DNA from: Candidatus Kerfeldbacteria bacterium
GTDB lineage: Bacteria; Patescibacteriota; Patescibacteriia; UBA10025; JAHIVO01
Reading direction: 5' to 3'
NCBI GenBank assembly: GCA_047946875.1
Contig: CP181398.1
Span: forward strand, 841,041-905,040
DNA: 64,000 bases
Made by a program: the position numbers and the translations under genes. The notes beneath the pieces are model-generated. The model was not told where the DNA came from, did no database searches, and saw nothing but the letters and a program-made list of their open reading frames with translations. Of this stretch, positions 1 to 10,508 are shown in pieces (position 1 is the stretch's first letter; each line of letters opens with the position of its first letter).

Positions 1-260
1 TCACCACGAACATGGTCGCCATCTTTTTCTTCTACATCAACAACAACAGGCGCTGGTGTAGGAGCAGCTGTATTTGTATTTACTACAGCGGTTGTATTAG
101 TATTTGTTTTGGTAGTTGAATCATCATTATCATCAACCATTGAAAATATCATAAACATTCCAATAATTGCAGCAACTGCAACACCAGATAAAATACCCAT
201 AACGAAAGACATTTTTGGGGGCATTTTATATACTATTTTTTCTTTTTTCTCTTCAGTCAT
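1..260 (-). CDS. DsbA-family thioredoxin-like protein, N-terminal part (runs off the window edge)
   Basis: My translation MTEEKKEK...TM helix...DGDHVRG parallels the paralog at 1776..2567 (DDHIRG); absent from the ORF track. Confidence 0.8.
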   Translation of the reverse strand, partial: MTEEKKEKIVYKMPPKMSFVMGILSGVAVAAIIGMFMIFSMVDDNDDSTTKTNTNTTAVVNTNTAAPTPAPVVVDVEEKDGDHVRG

Positions 261-352
261 ATTTTATTTTAATTAATTATTTATTAAATAAATGCTAATA
301 TATAATAACACAAAAAATTATGTTTTCCAAGGATAAAGCTTAATTATTAAGA

Positions 353-1123
353 TTAATTATAAATTACTAATAACTCCTCAATAATAGTCTTAAAATTATC
401 AACTGATATTGATCCTTCAAACTTAGTACCATTTATAAAAAAAGTTGGTGTACCGTCAACTCCAGCCACTATACCGCTGGCAAAATCCTGTTGAGTTTCT
501 TCATAATAACGACCACTGTCCAGACATTCATTAAACTGCTCTGTATCAAGACCTATTTCTCCAGCATATTGTTTGATTGCACTAACAGATAAATCAGAAT
601 TTATAAATAGTTTATCATGTAATTCCCAAAATTTATCTTGCTCAGAAGCACATTCCCCAGCTTCTGCAGCTTTTTGTGCCTGTGGATGTATTGTACTATT
701 GGTGAAATCCCTATAGATAAATTTTATTTGATCACCATATGTACTAATAATCTCTCTTACTGTTGGGAATGCTTGAGTACAATAAGGACATTGAAAATCT
801 GAAAATTCTACGATAACAATTTTTGCGTCATCGGATCCGGCATATGGATCATCATTAGTAGCAATGTCATGGATAGTAGCATTATCATCATATAAAATTG
901 TATCAATATTATCTTTAACTAAACCATAAAACCAAACTCCAATTACTATCAATAAAATTATAAAAAAACCAATAACTACCCACAAAACTCTGTGGGATTT
1001 CTTTTCTTTTTTCGGTTGTTTTTTACCTCCTTTAGACACTCGAACTTGCTGCGTTATTTGTATAGTGTCTTCGGATGGTAAATTTAAATCTAATTCATCT
1101 GTCATAGTATTAGTATATATCAA
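353..1123 (-). CDS. Membrane-anchored DsbA-family disulfide oxidoreductase
   Basis: EFSDFQCPYC active site, GTPTFFING cis-Pro loop, N-terminal TM. Confidence 0.9.
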   Translation of the reverse strand: MIYTNTMTDELDLNLPSEDTIQITQQVRVSKGGKKQPKKEKKSHRVLWVVIGFFIILLIVIGVWFYGLVKDNIDTILYDDNATIHDIATNDDPYAGSDDAKIVIVEFSDFQCPYCTQAFPTVREIISTYGDQIKFIYRDFTNSTIHPQAQKAAEAGECASEQDKFWELHDKLFINSDLSVSAIKQYAGEIGLDTEQFNECLDSGRYYEETQQDFASGIVAGVDGTPTFFINGTKFEGSISVDNFKTIIEELLVIYN

Positions 1124-1157
1124 ATTTGCATAATCTTAAAGTGTTAAAACTAAGAAT

Positions 1158-1724
1158 TTATTTAGTATTAATTTTACAAACATTAGGATTAATTATTTTT
1201 TTTGCTAATAAATATATTGCAAATAATATAAATATCATACCAATTAATCCAAATTCAACCCCATTAAATGGTAAAAAACCGATTAAAGCTGACGTCGAGG
1301 ATATTCCAAATATTGACGTTAATAATACTGACCCACATGAAGCACATCCAACACCTAAAACTCCAATTACCGTTCCTATCAACCCAGCACCACTCGCTCG
1401 TTCGTTCTTAATACGTACTTTTAGATAATAAACTAACATTGATAAATTAATTGAAGTAAATAGTGCTATAACAATTGCAATAATCCTAGAAGATGCACTA
1501 AAATTAGAACCTATTGAACCCAAACTATAATAAAAAACTTTTATTTTTTCTCCAAAATCATATACATTATTAGTTAGCACTTCCCATAAAAATTTATATA
1601 TTGGTGAATAAATAAAAAATATCATCATTAATATAAAAATAATTATGGTCAATATTATATATTTAGGCCTTCTCAAAACTTCAATAAATCCCAGCCAAGT
1701 ATTTTTTATTATATTTTTTATCAT
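1158..1724 (-). CDS. Multi-pass membrane protein with CxxC (GCASCG), possible DsbA redox partner
   Basis: 4 hydrophobic segments, CASC motif, located between DsbA genes. Confidence 0.6.
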   Translation of the reverse strand: MIKNIIKNTWLGFIEVLRRPKYIILTIIIFILMMIFFIYSPIYKFLWEVLTNNVYDFGEKIKVFYYSLGSIGSNFSASSRIIAIVIALFTSINLSMLVYYLKVRIKNERASGAGLIGTVIGVLGVGCASCGSVLLTSIFGISSTSALIGFLPFNGVEFGLIGMIFILFAIYLLAKKIINPNVCKINTK

Positions 1725-1775
1725 ATCTATAACTAAGAGGGCGAATAAATATTCACCCCCTTATTATATTAATCA

Positions 1776-2567
1776 TTATAGCAAACCGTCAATAGCAGCT
1801 TTAACTGAAGAAATTGGTTGAGCGCCACTAATTGGGATAATCTCTCCATCTTTACTTATCGCAACTGAGTATGGCGTACCATTGCCACCGGCAGTAGTAG
1901 CATCTTGTAATTGACTGGCTACTTTTTCAGCATACTTCCCGCTATCAAGACATGTTTGAAAGGCAGTAGCATCAAGGCCAACGTCAGTAGCAATAACCGC
2001 TAATTGACTTGCTTCCAATCCATTATTAGTAGGGGTAATCTCATATAAGCGATCTATATAAGCCCAAAAGCCATCATTACCTCCGAGTTCTTCAGCACAC
2101 TCTGTTGCCTCTGCTTCTTTTCTTGCTTTAGAATGCAAAGAATCTAATGGGAAGTGTCTATAAACCCATGCTACTTGACCATCATAATCGGCAACAACCT
2201 GTTTTAAAGTAGGATGAAATCTCTGACAAAACGGACACTCTGTATCAGAAAACTCTACAATAACAACATCCGCTGTTTCAAGATCCCCTCTAATGTGATC
2301 ATCACTAGTAACTGGAGCTACTTGAATATCTTGACTTGGCGTTGGGGCGGCTGCTACTGGAACCGTATTTGTACCTGTAGCTGTATTTGTATTACCAAAA
2401 GTTGTTTTTGTATCTGACTTATCTAAATCAACTCCACCTGACAATAACATTACAAAAAAACCAATAGTAGCTATAGCCATTATTCCCGCTAAAGCCCCTA
2501 TCATAAAAGTTTTTTGACTACCTAACACTTCAAAAACGCTAGGTTTTTTTTCATTATTTGTTTCCAT
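1776..2567 (-). CDS. Membrane-anchored DsbA-family disulfide oxidoreductase
   Basis: EFSDTECPFC, RHFPL, GTP motifs. Confidence 0.9.
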   Translation of the reverse strand: METNNEKKPSVFEVLGSQKTFMIGALAGIMAIATIGFFVMLLSGGVDLDKSDTKTTFGNTNTATGTNTVPVAAAPTPSQDIQVAPVTSDDHIRGDLETADVVIVEFSDTECPFCQRFHPTLKQVVADYDGQVAWVYRHFPLDSLHSKARKEAEATECAEELGGNDGFWAYIDRLYEITPTNNGLEASQLAVIATDVGLDATAFQTCLDSGKYAEKVASQLQDATTAGGNGTPYSVAISKDGEIIPISGAQPISSVKAAIDGLL

Positions 2568-2642
2568 AATAAAATTTAATTAATAATAATTTAATAAAAC
2601 AATATAAATACTTTACTAATTGTACTTATATTTTAAATATTA

Positions 2643-3020
2643 TTAATCAAAATATTTACCATGAATAATTCCTCTAGCTAATGCGAAGTTTAATGAATTT
2701 TTTGGCTTAATAACAGCTACAAAATAATTAAGATTAATTTTATTCCCTAAACGTCTATCCTTAATTGCAAAAGTTACTAGATAAAAAATAATGATAGATA
2801 AAACTAATTGCAAAAAATTTGAATTATTTATAATGGCTAGCATTAATTGTTTTATATGTTCAAATTGAACCTTGGTCTGAGTTAAAGTCTGCATCCGACA
2901 CATTAATGCTGAATCGCTTAGTCCAACTGGATTACAGTTTAAACTAACAAAAGGCATTATTAACAATGTTGATAAAAATACGATTAATACAATTTTTTTG
3001 ACTAATGGCCTATGTATCAT
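2643..3020 (-). CDS. Small 2-TM membrane protein with two Cys
   Basis: ORF in operon orientation; two hydrophobic segments; C-terminus RGIIHGKYFD. Confidence 0.55.
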   Translation of the reverse strand: MIHRPLVKKIVLIVFLSTLLIMPFVSLNCNPVGLSDSALMCRMQTLTQTKVQFEHIKQLMLAIINNSNFLQLVLSIIIFYLVTFAIKDRRLGNKINLNYFVAVIKPKNSLNFALARGIIHGKYFD

Positions 3021-3078
3021 ATTTCAAGCATATTATACTAGATAACGATAAATTAGTTAAATAGTGCATTTCAAATTA

Positions 3079-3570
3079 TTATAATTGCTCATCAATTGAA
3101 ATGTCATATTTTTCCGAAATTATTTGCCTCAACACATCAATATGTTTCTCCCCAAGTTCTTCAGCGATTGATTTAGCAAAATATTGAGTTAAATATTTAT
3201 TACCATGGCCTTCGAGTATCTCTCCTATACATTCTCCACAAGGATGTACACCATTAACAATGTCCTCAATGCAGGTGCAAGATGCTCCCTCACCATGTTT
3301 TGGATCTTTTTCTATACAATATGTACATGACTTATCTAAACAGCATGTATACATGCCTGCATCTCTCATAGTATTTTGTATCTTATCTTTATGCTCAAGA
3401 TAAGCATCTCGATGTTCATCCATATTCATATGTTCCATATTATGACCATTGCTATACATAGGCATAAACTTCATCACCCCAGGTCCAACATATATAAATG
3501 CTAACATTGCTACTATTGCCCCAGCTGAAGCAAAACCAACCCCATTAAACCAAAATGTTTTATTTTTCAT
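3079..3570 (-). CDS. Membrane-anchored Cys-rich, Met/His-rich putative metal-binding protein
   Basis: N-terminal TM, GHNMEHMNMDEH linker, 8-Cys motif, within copper operon. Confidence 0.65.
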   Translation of the reverse strand: MKNKTFWFNGVGFASAGAIVAMLAFIYVGPGVMKFMPMYSNGHNMEHMNMDEHRDAYLEHKDKIQNTMRDAGMYTCCLDKSCTYCIEKDPKHGEGASCTCIEDIVNGVHPCGECIGEILEGHGNKYLTQYFAKSIAEELGEKHIDVLRQIISEKYDISIDEQL

Positions 3571-3591
3571 AATTTTATTGAGATATTATTA

Positions 3592-4083
3592 TTAAAGCTT
3601 CATATACACAGACGAGACACCATCCTTTAATGCATAAATTGTAAACTTGCCAACTTTAGTTCCTGGCATACCAGGTGAACCGGCGGGCATATCAGGCAAT
3701 GCAATCCCGTCAATATCAGGTTTTTCAGTTAACATCTTATTGATTGCTTCCATAGGTACATGCCCCTCAACAATATAATCACCATAAATTGAAGTATGAC
3801 AACTCTCCATATCTGCAGGAATATTATATTTGTCTTTAATGGAAGACATATTACTTTCTTTAATTATATCTACCTCATATCCTGCATCTTCTACATAAGA
3901 AGCATGTTTTACACAACAACCACAAGTTGGTGATTTATACATCGTTACCTGATCAGATTCTCCATCACTGCTAATATTTATTTTCGTATTCGTTGATTTT
4001 TGTTCAGATGGTAGTACAAAATACACCCCACCCGCTAACACAATAATGCCTACTATTATAATTATCTTATTTCTTAAAATCAT
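3592..4083 (-). CDS. DUF411 / CopG-like metal-binding protein
   Basis: YKSPTCGCC, SCHT, VEGHVP, MPAGSPGM motifs. Confidence 0.85.
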   Translation of the reverse strand: MILRNKIIIIVGIIVLAGGVYFVLPSEQKSTNTKINISSDGESDQVTMYKSPTCGCCVKHASYVEDAGYEVDIIKESNMSSIKDKYNIPADMESCHTSIYGDYIVEGHVPMEAINKMLTEKPDIDGIALPDMPAGSPGMPGTKVGKFTIYALKDGVSSVYMKL

Positions 4084-4095
4084 ATTATTAAATTA

Positions 4096-6252
4096 TTAAT
4101 TATCAATCTTTTTTGTTTTTATCCTCAAACTATTCAATACCACACTAACGCTAGAGAAAGCCATGGCGCCGGCTGCGATCATCGGACTTAATAATCCAAA
4201 AGCGGCTAATGGTATAGCGGCTACATTATAAAAGAACGCCCAAAACAAATTTTGTTTAATTGTATTATAGGTTATTCGTGACAAGGCAATAGCTTCAAGC
4301 ACTTTAGTCGGACTACCTTTTACCAATACAATATTGCCGGACTCAATAGCAATGTCAGTCCCAGTCCCAATAGCTATCCCAAGATCAGCCTGAACTAAAG
4401 CTGGCGCATCATTAATCCCATCACCAACCATGGCCACAATATTACCCTTTTTTTGTAATTCTTTTACCTTGTCTTGTTTGTCCTCCGGTTTCACTCTAGC
4501 CTTCCATTCATCAATACCAAGCTTATCTGCTATTACCTGGGCAGTTTTTTCATTATCTCCAGTTAACATAACGGGCTTAATCCCAAAAGATAATAATTTT
4601 TCAATAACCCCTTTTGATTCTTCTTTAACTTCATCCGCCACACTTATATATCCCATATATTTTCCATCGTAGGCTAATTCCATAACTGTCATTCCTTTTG
4701 ATTCTTCTTTATTTATTTCACCTGCTTCTATAGATGAGATAATAATATTATGCTCAACTAGAAATTCATTATTTCCAAAAAATGCTTTTTTACCATTAAC
4801 TAAGCCAGTAACACCTCGTCCTACCACAGATGAAAAATCTTTTGCCGAATCAACAACAATGTTTTCTTTTTGAGCCTTATTTACAATTGCTTTTGCAAGA
4901 GGGTGTTCGGAATTCTTTTCTAAGGCCAATGCTAACTTCAACACTTCACTAGACGTATAATCAACTACCTCTGGCTCACCTTTTGTAAGAGTCCCCGTCT
5001 TATCAAAAATAATCGTATCAATTTTCTTACCTCTTTCTAATGATTCACCATTTTTTATCAAAATACCACGACTCGCTCCTCTTCCCGTCCCAACCATAAT
5101 AGCTGTAGGCGTTGCCAGTCCTAATGCACAAGGACACGCAATAACTAATACTGCGACTGCGGGAATAATACTTTCTGAGATACTACCGGTAACCAAATAC
5201 CATATAATCGCAGTAACTATTGCTAAGCTAATCACCACTGGTACAAAAACAGCCGCAATACGATCAGCTAATCTCTGGATAGGCGCTTTTGCTCCTTGAG
5301 CTTCCTCCACCATATTAACAATCTGCGCTAATACCGTATTCTGACCGATCTTAACTGCTTCGACTTGTACTGCACCATCAATATTTATTGTTGCTCCATA
5401 AACACTATCCCCAACCTTTTTACCTACTGGCATTGACTCACCAGTTAACATTGATTCATCAATAGAGCTACGTCCAGAAATTATTTTCCCATCAACTGGG
5501 ACCTTCTCTCCTGGTTTTATTATTAACACATCCCCTACAGCTACTTGCTCCACTGGAACATCTGTCTCCTGACCATCTTTTAACAAATGTGCTGTCTTAG
5601 CGCCTAACTGTAATAACTTCTTAATTGCTTCACTTGCACTTCCCTTACTTTTTACTTCGAAATATCGTCCGAGTAATATCAAGGCAGTAATCACCGCACC
5701 AGTCTCAAAATATATTTCTGTTCCATTTTGTGTCATTACCCAGATGCTGTAAATAAATGCAGCCAATGTACCAATTGAAATCAGAGTATCCATATTTGCC
5801 GATACATTTTTAAGTCTATTCCACATACCTTTATGAAACTCAAAACCAATAACAAATATTGCGATTGCGCTCAATATCAATTGCAACCAAATAGACAAAT
5901 CAAAATTAAATATCTCCACTCCTAAATTAATCTTTGCCATAGCCAGGACCATAACTGGGATTGCAATAGCCAAAGATATAATTGCTTTATTTTTAGCTTT
6001 AGACAAGCTTTCTTCAGTCATTAACTGATTCTCTGTCGAGACATTTTTAACTACTCCGTAACCATTTTTCTTAACCACTTCATACAAATCCTCTTTAGAT
6101 AATTTTTTTTCATTATAAGTAATCGTTGCATTATTCAATGCCAAATTAACACTTACTTTATCAACTCCTTCCATTTTATTAAAACTTCTTTCATTCCTTG
6201 CACTACATGATGCACAATGCATACCGGTAATACCAAATTTTACTTTCTTCAT
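4096..6252 (-). CDS. copA: Copper-translocating P1B-type ATPase
   Basis: GMHCASC HMA domain, [27 protein letters not shown] and MAFSS motifs. Confidence 0.95.
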   Translation of the reverse strand: MKKVKFGITGMHCASCSARNERSFNKMEGVDKVSVNLALNNATITYNEKKLSKEDLYEVVKKNGYGVVKNVSTENQLMTEESLSKAKNKAIISLAIAIPVMVLAMAKINLGVEIFNFDLSIWLQLILSAIAIFVIGFEFHKGMWNRLKNVSANMDTLISIGTLAAFIYSIWVMTQNGTEIYFETGAVITALILLGRYFEVKSKGSASEAIKKLLQLGAKTAHLLKDGQETDVPVEQVAVGDVLIIKPGEKVPVDGKIISGRSSIDESMLTGESMPVGKKVGDSVYGATINIDGAVQVEAVKIGQNTVLAQIVNMVEEAQGAKAPIQRLADRIAAVFVPVVISLAIVTAIIWYLVTGSISESIIPAVAVLVIACPCALGLATPTAIMVGTGRGASRGILIKNGESLERGKKIDTIIFDKTGTLTKGEPEVVDYTSSEVLKLALALEKNSEHPLAKAIVNKAQKENIVVDSAKDFSSVVGRGVTGLVNGKKAFFGNNEFLVEHNIIISSIEAGEINKEESKGMTVMELAYDGKYMGYISVADEVKEESKGVIEKLLSFGIKPVMLTGDNEKTAQVIADKLGIDEWKARVKPEDKQDKVKELQKKGNIVAMVGDGINDAPALVQADLGIAIGTGTDIAIESGNIVLVKGSPTKVLEAIALSRITYNTIKQNLFWAFFYNVAAIPLAAFGLLSPMIAAGAMAFSSVSVVLNSLRIKTKKIDN

Positions 6253-6261
6253 AAATTTAAT

Positions 6262-6477
6262 TTAGTTATTTTCTAAAGTTACTTGATATTCATTTCCATC
6301 TTCAATTTCTTTTTTTAAAATTTGTAAATCAAGATTTTCTTTATGATTAATTAGAGCTTTGTCCGTACTTTCATCTACATTACAAGATTCTACTCCCTCA
6401 ATATCTTGACATATGTCCTCTATCAGCGCCTTACACGATGAACAATGCATGCCCTTAATACTTATTGTTGTTTTCAT
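6262..6477 (-). CDS. CopZ-like heavy-metal-associated chaperone
   Basis: GMHCSSC, 71 aa, upstream of copA. Confidence 0.85.
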   Translation of the reverse strand: MKTTISIKGMHCSSCKALIEDICQDIEGVESCNVDESTDKALINHKENLDLQILKKEIEDGNEYQVTLENN

Positions 6478-6495
6478 ATCTATATTTATTAATTG

Positions 6496-7875
6496 TTATA
6501 TCACTACTTCAATTGTACCCGATACCATACCCATCCAACAACTATACTTATATACCCCCGGTTCATCAGCCGTAAAGATCTTTATACTAGTCTGGCCTGG
6601 AGTTAATGCTATTTCTCCATTGAATAAGCTCCTTGAAATAATCGCATTTGTACATCCACTAGTACCAGTATCTAGTACCTCCCATCGAACAGGAATACCA
6701 GCTCTTACTTTCAAATTTTTGGGCTCATAACCATACACCGATGCTTCAGATTTTAATACCTGCACTCCATCGATAATTTGCGGTAAATCGTCATCAATAA
6801 TTTCTTGATCCGATGCATGAATAGTATCAAATCTAATATCACTTAAACTTGGTGCACCCAAAACATTTAATTGAGCATTAATATTATAAATAGCAAAAAA
6901 TAGTACCAAAATTCCAGCAACTTTAGAAAAATTCGCTGCAAGTTTTGGTTTTTCATAAAACTTAATACTTGAAATACCAATAGCTAATAAAGGCGCTAAA
7001 CTTCCTAAGGCAAAAAATAACATAATCAGACCACCTTGTATTGCGCTACCAGATAATAAAGCCATCCCTTGCGCAGTGATAGTAAATCCACATGGTAAAA
7101 TAAAGGTTAGTGCCCCCATAATCATAGGCATCGTTTTACCGTTAAATTTTGTTTCATCAGAAATTCTATGTGTAATAAAATTTGGCAATCTAATTTGAAA
7201 TCTTTGGAATGATTTTACGCCAAATAACTGGAGTCCAAGAAAAATCATCATAACCGATACACCAAAAATTACCACAGAATAAAATGATATTGATAACTGC
7301 AACTTACTTCCAATAGCTCCTAATATCAATCCAAATACAGAATATGAAACTAGTCGACCAATATTAAATAAAACGTGAGGCTGAGCGCGATGAATAAAAG
7401 TTTCTTTCTCTCCATATAGATCTGACCACTGTTTAGAAACTGATAAAATTATCCCACCAACTAAAGCCGCGCACGTAGATAACCCTGCTAACAAACCAAA
7501 TATGAAAAATGTTGGCAATGAAGAGTTCGCACTAACTGACACCAAGCTAGAAAGACCCGTCTTATTAATCAGTAAAAAACCGACAATTAATAAAATCGCA
7601 ATACCAATAACCATGTATGAATTTTTTGATTTAGATGATTTGGGTACAAACCCCTCCATTTCATAGAAGCTGTAATTTTCTGACTTAAATATTTTATTTA
7701 ACTCTTTTATACTTGGAATTTCCTCATTACCGCTGATTTGCACTTCATCGTTTGATAATGATACTTTAACCTTACTAACCCCGGATAATTTCTTTATTTT
7801 TCTTTCAATTAAAACAGGACATGCTGCACAATGCATACCTTCAATAAAATATTTTGTTTTGATATTATTTTCCAT
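6496..7875 (-). CDS. HMA + DsbD_2/TauE-like membrane domain + cupredoxin-like domain protein
   Basis: GMHCAAC, STCAALVGG, LPCGFT, C-terminal YSCWMGM. Confidence 0.85.
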   Translation of the reverse strand: MENNIKTKYFIEGMHCAACPVLIERKIKKLSGVSKVKVSLSNDEVQISGNEEIPSIKELNKIFKSENYSFYEMEGFVPKSSKSKNSYMVIGIAILLIVGFLLINKTGLSSLVSVSANSSLPTFFIFGLLAGLSTCAALVGGIILSVSKQWSDLYGEKETFIHRAQPHVLFNIGRLVSYSVFGLILGAIGSKLQLSISFYSVVIFGVSVMMIFLGLQLFGVKSFQRFQIRLPNFITHRISDETKFNGKTMPMIMGALTFILPCGFTITAQGMALLSGSAIQGGLIMLFFALGSLAPLLAIGISSIKFYEKPKLAANFSKVAGILVLFFAIYNINAQLNVLGAPSLSDIRFDTIHASDQEIIDDDLPQIIDGVQVLKSEASVYGYEPKNLKVRAGIPVRWEVLDTGTSGCTNAIISRSLFNGEIALTPGQTSIKIFTADEPGVYKYSCWMGMVSGTIEVVI

Positions 7876-7932
7876 ACATACTAAAAAATTAATGATAAAT
7901 TAATCACTACTCAAAAATAGTTTATATGGGTG

Positions 7933-8250
7933 TTACTCCTTTAAAAAAATTGTATTAAAAAGAAATAACTGTTGTAATTTAAATTCTTTTTCTTCTAACC
8001 AAATGAATTTATAAGTATATATAATTCCCAAAACAATAAAAATAAAAATACCAAAAATTTGTACTACTATAGGTATTGGTGCTGAATTATGCATATTTAG
8101 CGGGGTCATCTTAAGACAATAACCAATACAATCAGAGTCCATATTATTCATATCACCCATCATTGGATTCATGAATAATGACGGAGACAATGCTACAAAT
8201 CCAGACAATACTATTATACTTAAAGCTAATATTATTAATGATTTATTCAT
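7933..8250 (-). CDS. Small 2-TM protein with Met-rich CxxxC loop, first gene of the copper operon
   Basis: MMGDMNNMDSDCIGYC between two TM segments. Confidence 0.6.
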   Translation of the reverse strand: MNKSLIILALSIIVLSGFVALSPSLFMNPMMGDMNNMDSDCIGYCLKMTPLNMHNSAPIPIVVQIFGIFIFIVLGIIYTYKFIWLEEKEFKLQQLFLFNTIFLKE

Positions 8251-8344
8251 AAATATATAATATATAATAACTGTGAAACAATCAAGTGCTATATCAAAAA
8301 ACCATAAATTTCTAATACTTCATGGTTTTTATAAAATTATATTT

Positions 8345-8554
8345 TTACGGAACTAATTGTTTACCTTCATCGTCATATATTTCTATTGCCTGTGTTGGAC
8401 AAGATTTTGCAGCATCAATTATTGTTTGCTCATCATCACCATCTGGATTCTTTAATATGACAATACCCTCATCATCTAACTCAAACGTATCTGGTGCAAT
8501 CGCTACACAAGTAGCAGCAGAAATACATTTGTCACGTAGAATTTTTACTTTCAT
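8345..8554 (-). CDS. Single-cluster ferredoxin
   Basis: CISAATC...CP motif (3Fe-4S type). Confidence 0.85.
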   Translation of the reverse strand: MKVKILRDKCISAATCVAIAPDTFELDDEGIVILKNPDGDDEQTIIDAAKSCPTQAIEIYDDEGKQLVP

Positions 8555-8619
8555 AATTTATGTTTTTATTAATCTTAATTAATTAATTTTAACATATTCT
8601 TGTATAAAAATGCAAAACA

Positions 8620-9141
8620 CTATTCTGTTGCAGTATTATTAGCTGTTTCATCGACAAATGTTCTACTGGCTAATTGTTGGTCTATTAACAATAATCCATT
8701 GCCATCATCTCCAACTTTCTTAAGATTTTCTGCAATTTCAGTACTATTTGCCTCTTCTTCTACTTGTTCTTTAATAAACCAATGCAATAATTCTTGAGAA
8801 GCATAATCTTTTTCTTGAGTAGCTAATTCATATAGATCATTTATCATACCAGTAACTTTTTGTTCATGTTCATATGCTTTTTGAAAAACATCATGTGGTG
8901 AAGTAAAATTTATTTCTGGTTTATCAAGTGCTTGTAAATCTGTTTGTCCTCCTCGATCTAATATAAATTGAAATAATTTCAAGGCATGCGTTAGCTCTTC
9001 TTGATATTGAATTTTCAACCAATTAGCCATTCCTTTGAAATTATTTGTTTCACAATAAGCGGACATTGCTAAATATAAGAATGCGGAGTAAAACTCTGCC
9101 GCAACTTGTTTATTTATTGCTTCATTAATTTTTTTATTCAT
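8620..9141 (-). CDS. ftnA: Non-heme ferritin
   Basis: EFYSAFLY, EELTHA, EQVEEE ferroxidase residues. Confidence 0.9.
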   Translation of the reverse strand: MNKKINEAINKQVAAEFYSAFLYLAMSAYCETNNFKGMANWLKIQYQEELTHALKLFQFILDRGGQTDLQALDKPEINFTSPHDVFQKAYEHEQKVTGMINDLYELATQEKDYASQELLHWFIKEQVEEEANSTEIAENLKKVGDDGNGLLLIDQQLASRTFVDETANNTATE

Positions 9142-9153
9142 CTTCTTTGGATA

Positions 9154-9792
9154 TTAATTATTATATAATTCACTAACCTTATTCCAGTTTACCACGTTCC
9201 AGAAAGCTTTCACATAATCAGGTCGCCTATTCTGATATTTCAAATAATAAGCATGCTCCCAGACATCAAGAGCTAAAATTGGCTTCCTGCCTTCTGATAA
9301 TGGTGTATCTTGATTCGAGGTTTTCTCAACTACTAATTTATCACCATCTTTTGATAGCCAGGCCCAACCAGAACCAAACTGAGTGTTAGCGGAGTCTTCA
9401 AACTCTTTTTGAAATTTCTCAAAACTTCCAAAATCTTTTTCTATCGCAGTAAGTAAGTCACCCTCTGGTTTTCCAGAACCATCTGGTCCCATTACCTCCC
9501 AGAACAAACCATGATTTACGTGACCTCCACCGTTATTCCTAACAGAACTCCTAATATCTTCAGGGACTGAATCCAAATCCATTAATATTTCTTCTGCAGT
9601 TTTATTAAAAAATTCATCATTCCCTTCTAAAGCAGTATTAAACTTTGTAGTATAAGCCGCGTGATGCTTATCATGATGGATTGTCATTGTTTCTTTATCT
9701 ATATATGATTCTAGTGCATCATATGCATAAGGTAATTCTGGTGTAGTAAATTGTGTTTTCATATTATATCTATCAATTATTAAGTTATTCAA
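9154..9792 (-). CDS. Fe/Mn superoxide dismutase (start probably 9762)
   Basis: [29 protein letters not shown]. Confidence 0.95.
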   Translation of the reverse strand: MNNLIIDRYNMKTQFTTPELPYAYDALESYIDKETMTIHHDKHHAAYTTKFNTALEGNDEFFNKTAEEILMDLDSVPEDIRSSVRNNGGGHVNHGLFWEVMGPDGSGKPEGDLLTAIEKDFGSFEKFQKEFEDSANTQFGSGWAWLSKDGDKLVVEKTSNQDTPLSEGRKPILALDVWEHAYYLKYQNRRPDYVKAFWNVVNWNKVSELYNN

Positions 9793-9825
9793 CTATAAAT
9801 TATTGCTAAAATTAGTGCAAATCGC

Positions 9826-10203
9826 TCATTTCTTTTTTATTTTTAATGCTGCTCTAACAGTTTCCAAAGCTAATAAAGCACATTTTCTCCTAGCTGGGGT
9901 TATAGGTGCTTGCATCTCTTTTAGAAAATCTTTATCAGTATATTTATTCATCTGAGCTAATGATTTACCTTTAATTACTTCAGTCAGTATAGAGCCACCT
10001 GCTCTGGATACGCTACATCCAGCACCATGAAATTTAATATCATCAATTTTTCCAGCTTTACTAAGCTTGATATCCATAGTCATCTCATCTCCACAAAGAG
10101 GATTTTTTTTATCTGCAGTAGCGTTTGCATTTTTAATCTTACCGAAATTACGCGGATTCTTATAATGATCTAATATAATTTCTCGGTACATGTCGAATGT
10201 CAT
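9826..10203 (-). CDS. sufU: SufU/IscU-like Fe-S scaffold or sulfur-transfer protein
   Basis: ILDHYKNPRN, NPLCGD, GCSVS, RKCA. Confidence 0.9.
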   Translation of the reverse strand: MTFDMYREIILDHYKNPRNFGKIKNANATADKKNPLCGDEMTMDIKLSKAGKIDDIKFHGAGCSVSRAGGSILTEVIKGKSLAQMNKYTDKDFLKEMQAPITPARRKCALLALETVRAALKIKKK

Positions 10204-10505
10204 AATTTTTTGAAAGGATAATTTTTAGTTTTAAAAAAAATATAATAAAAGTCTTTATAATACAATCCTTGAATAAGCATACCAAACAATAAGCCATAGA
10301 CGATCGGATTGTAAAATTCTAGATTATATATAATAAACAAGCCTAATGCTGAAAAAATCCAATGATGCAACCATAAGGTATAATTGCCTATTTTCCATTT
10401 TAAAGAGAACAATCTACCTTCATCCCCCTCCTTATTTCCTGCGGTATACCTAGCTACTAGGAAACCAGCTACTCCAAATAACAAAAATTGAATAATCCAC
10501 CACAT
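10200..10505 (-). CDS. Hypothetical membrane protein inside the suf operon
   Basis: Hydrophobic 101-aa ORF with LHHW, tightly coupled to sufS and sufU. Confidence 0.6.
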   Translation of the reverse strand: MWWIIQFLLFGVAGFLVARYTAGNKEGDEGRLFSLKWKIGNYTLWLHHWIFSALGLFIIYNLEFYNPIVYGLLFGMLIQGLYYKDFYYIFFKTKNYPFKKL

Positions 10506-10508
10506 ACT

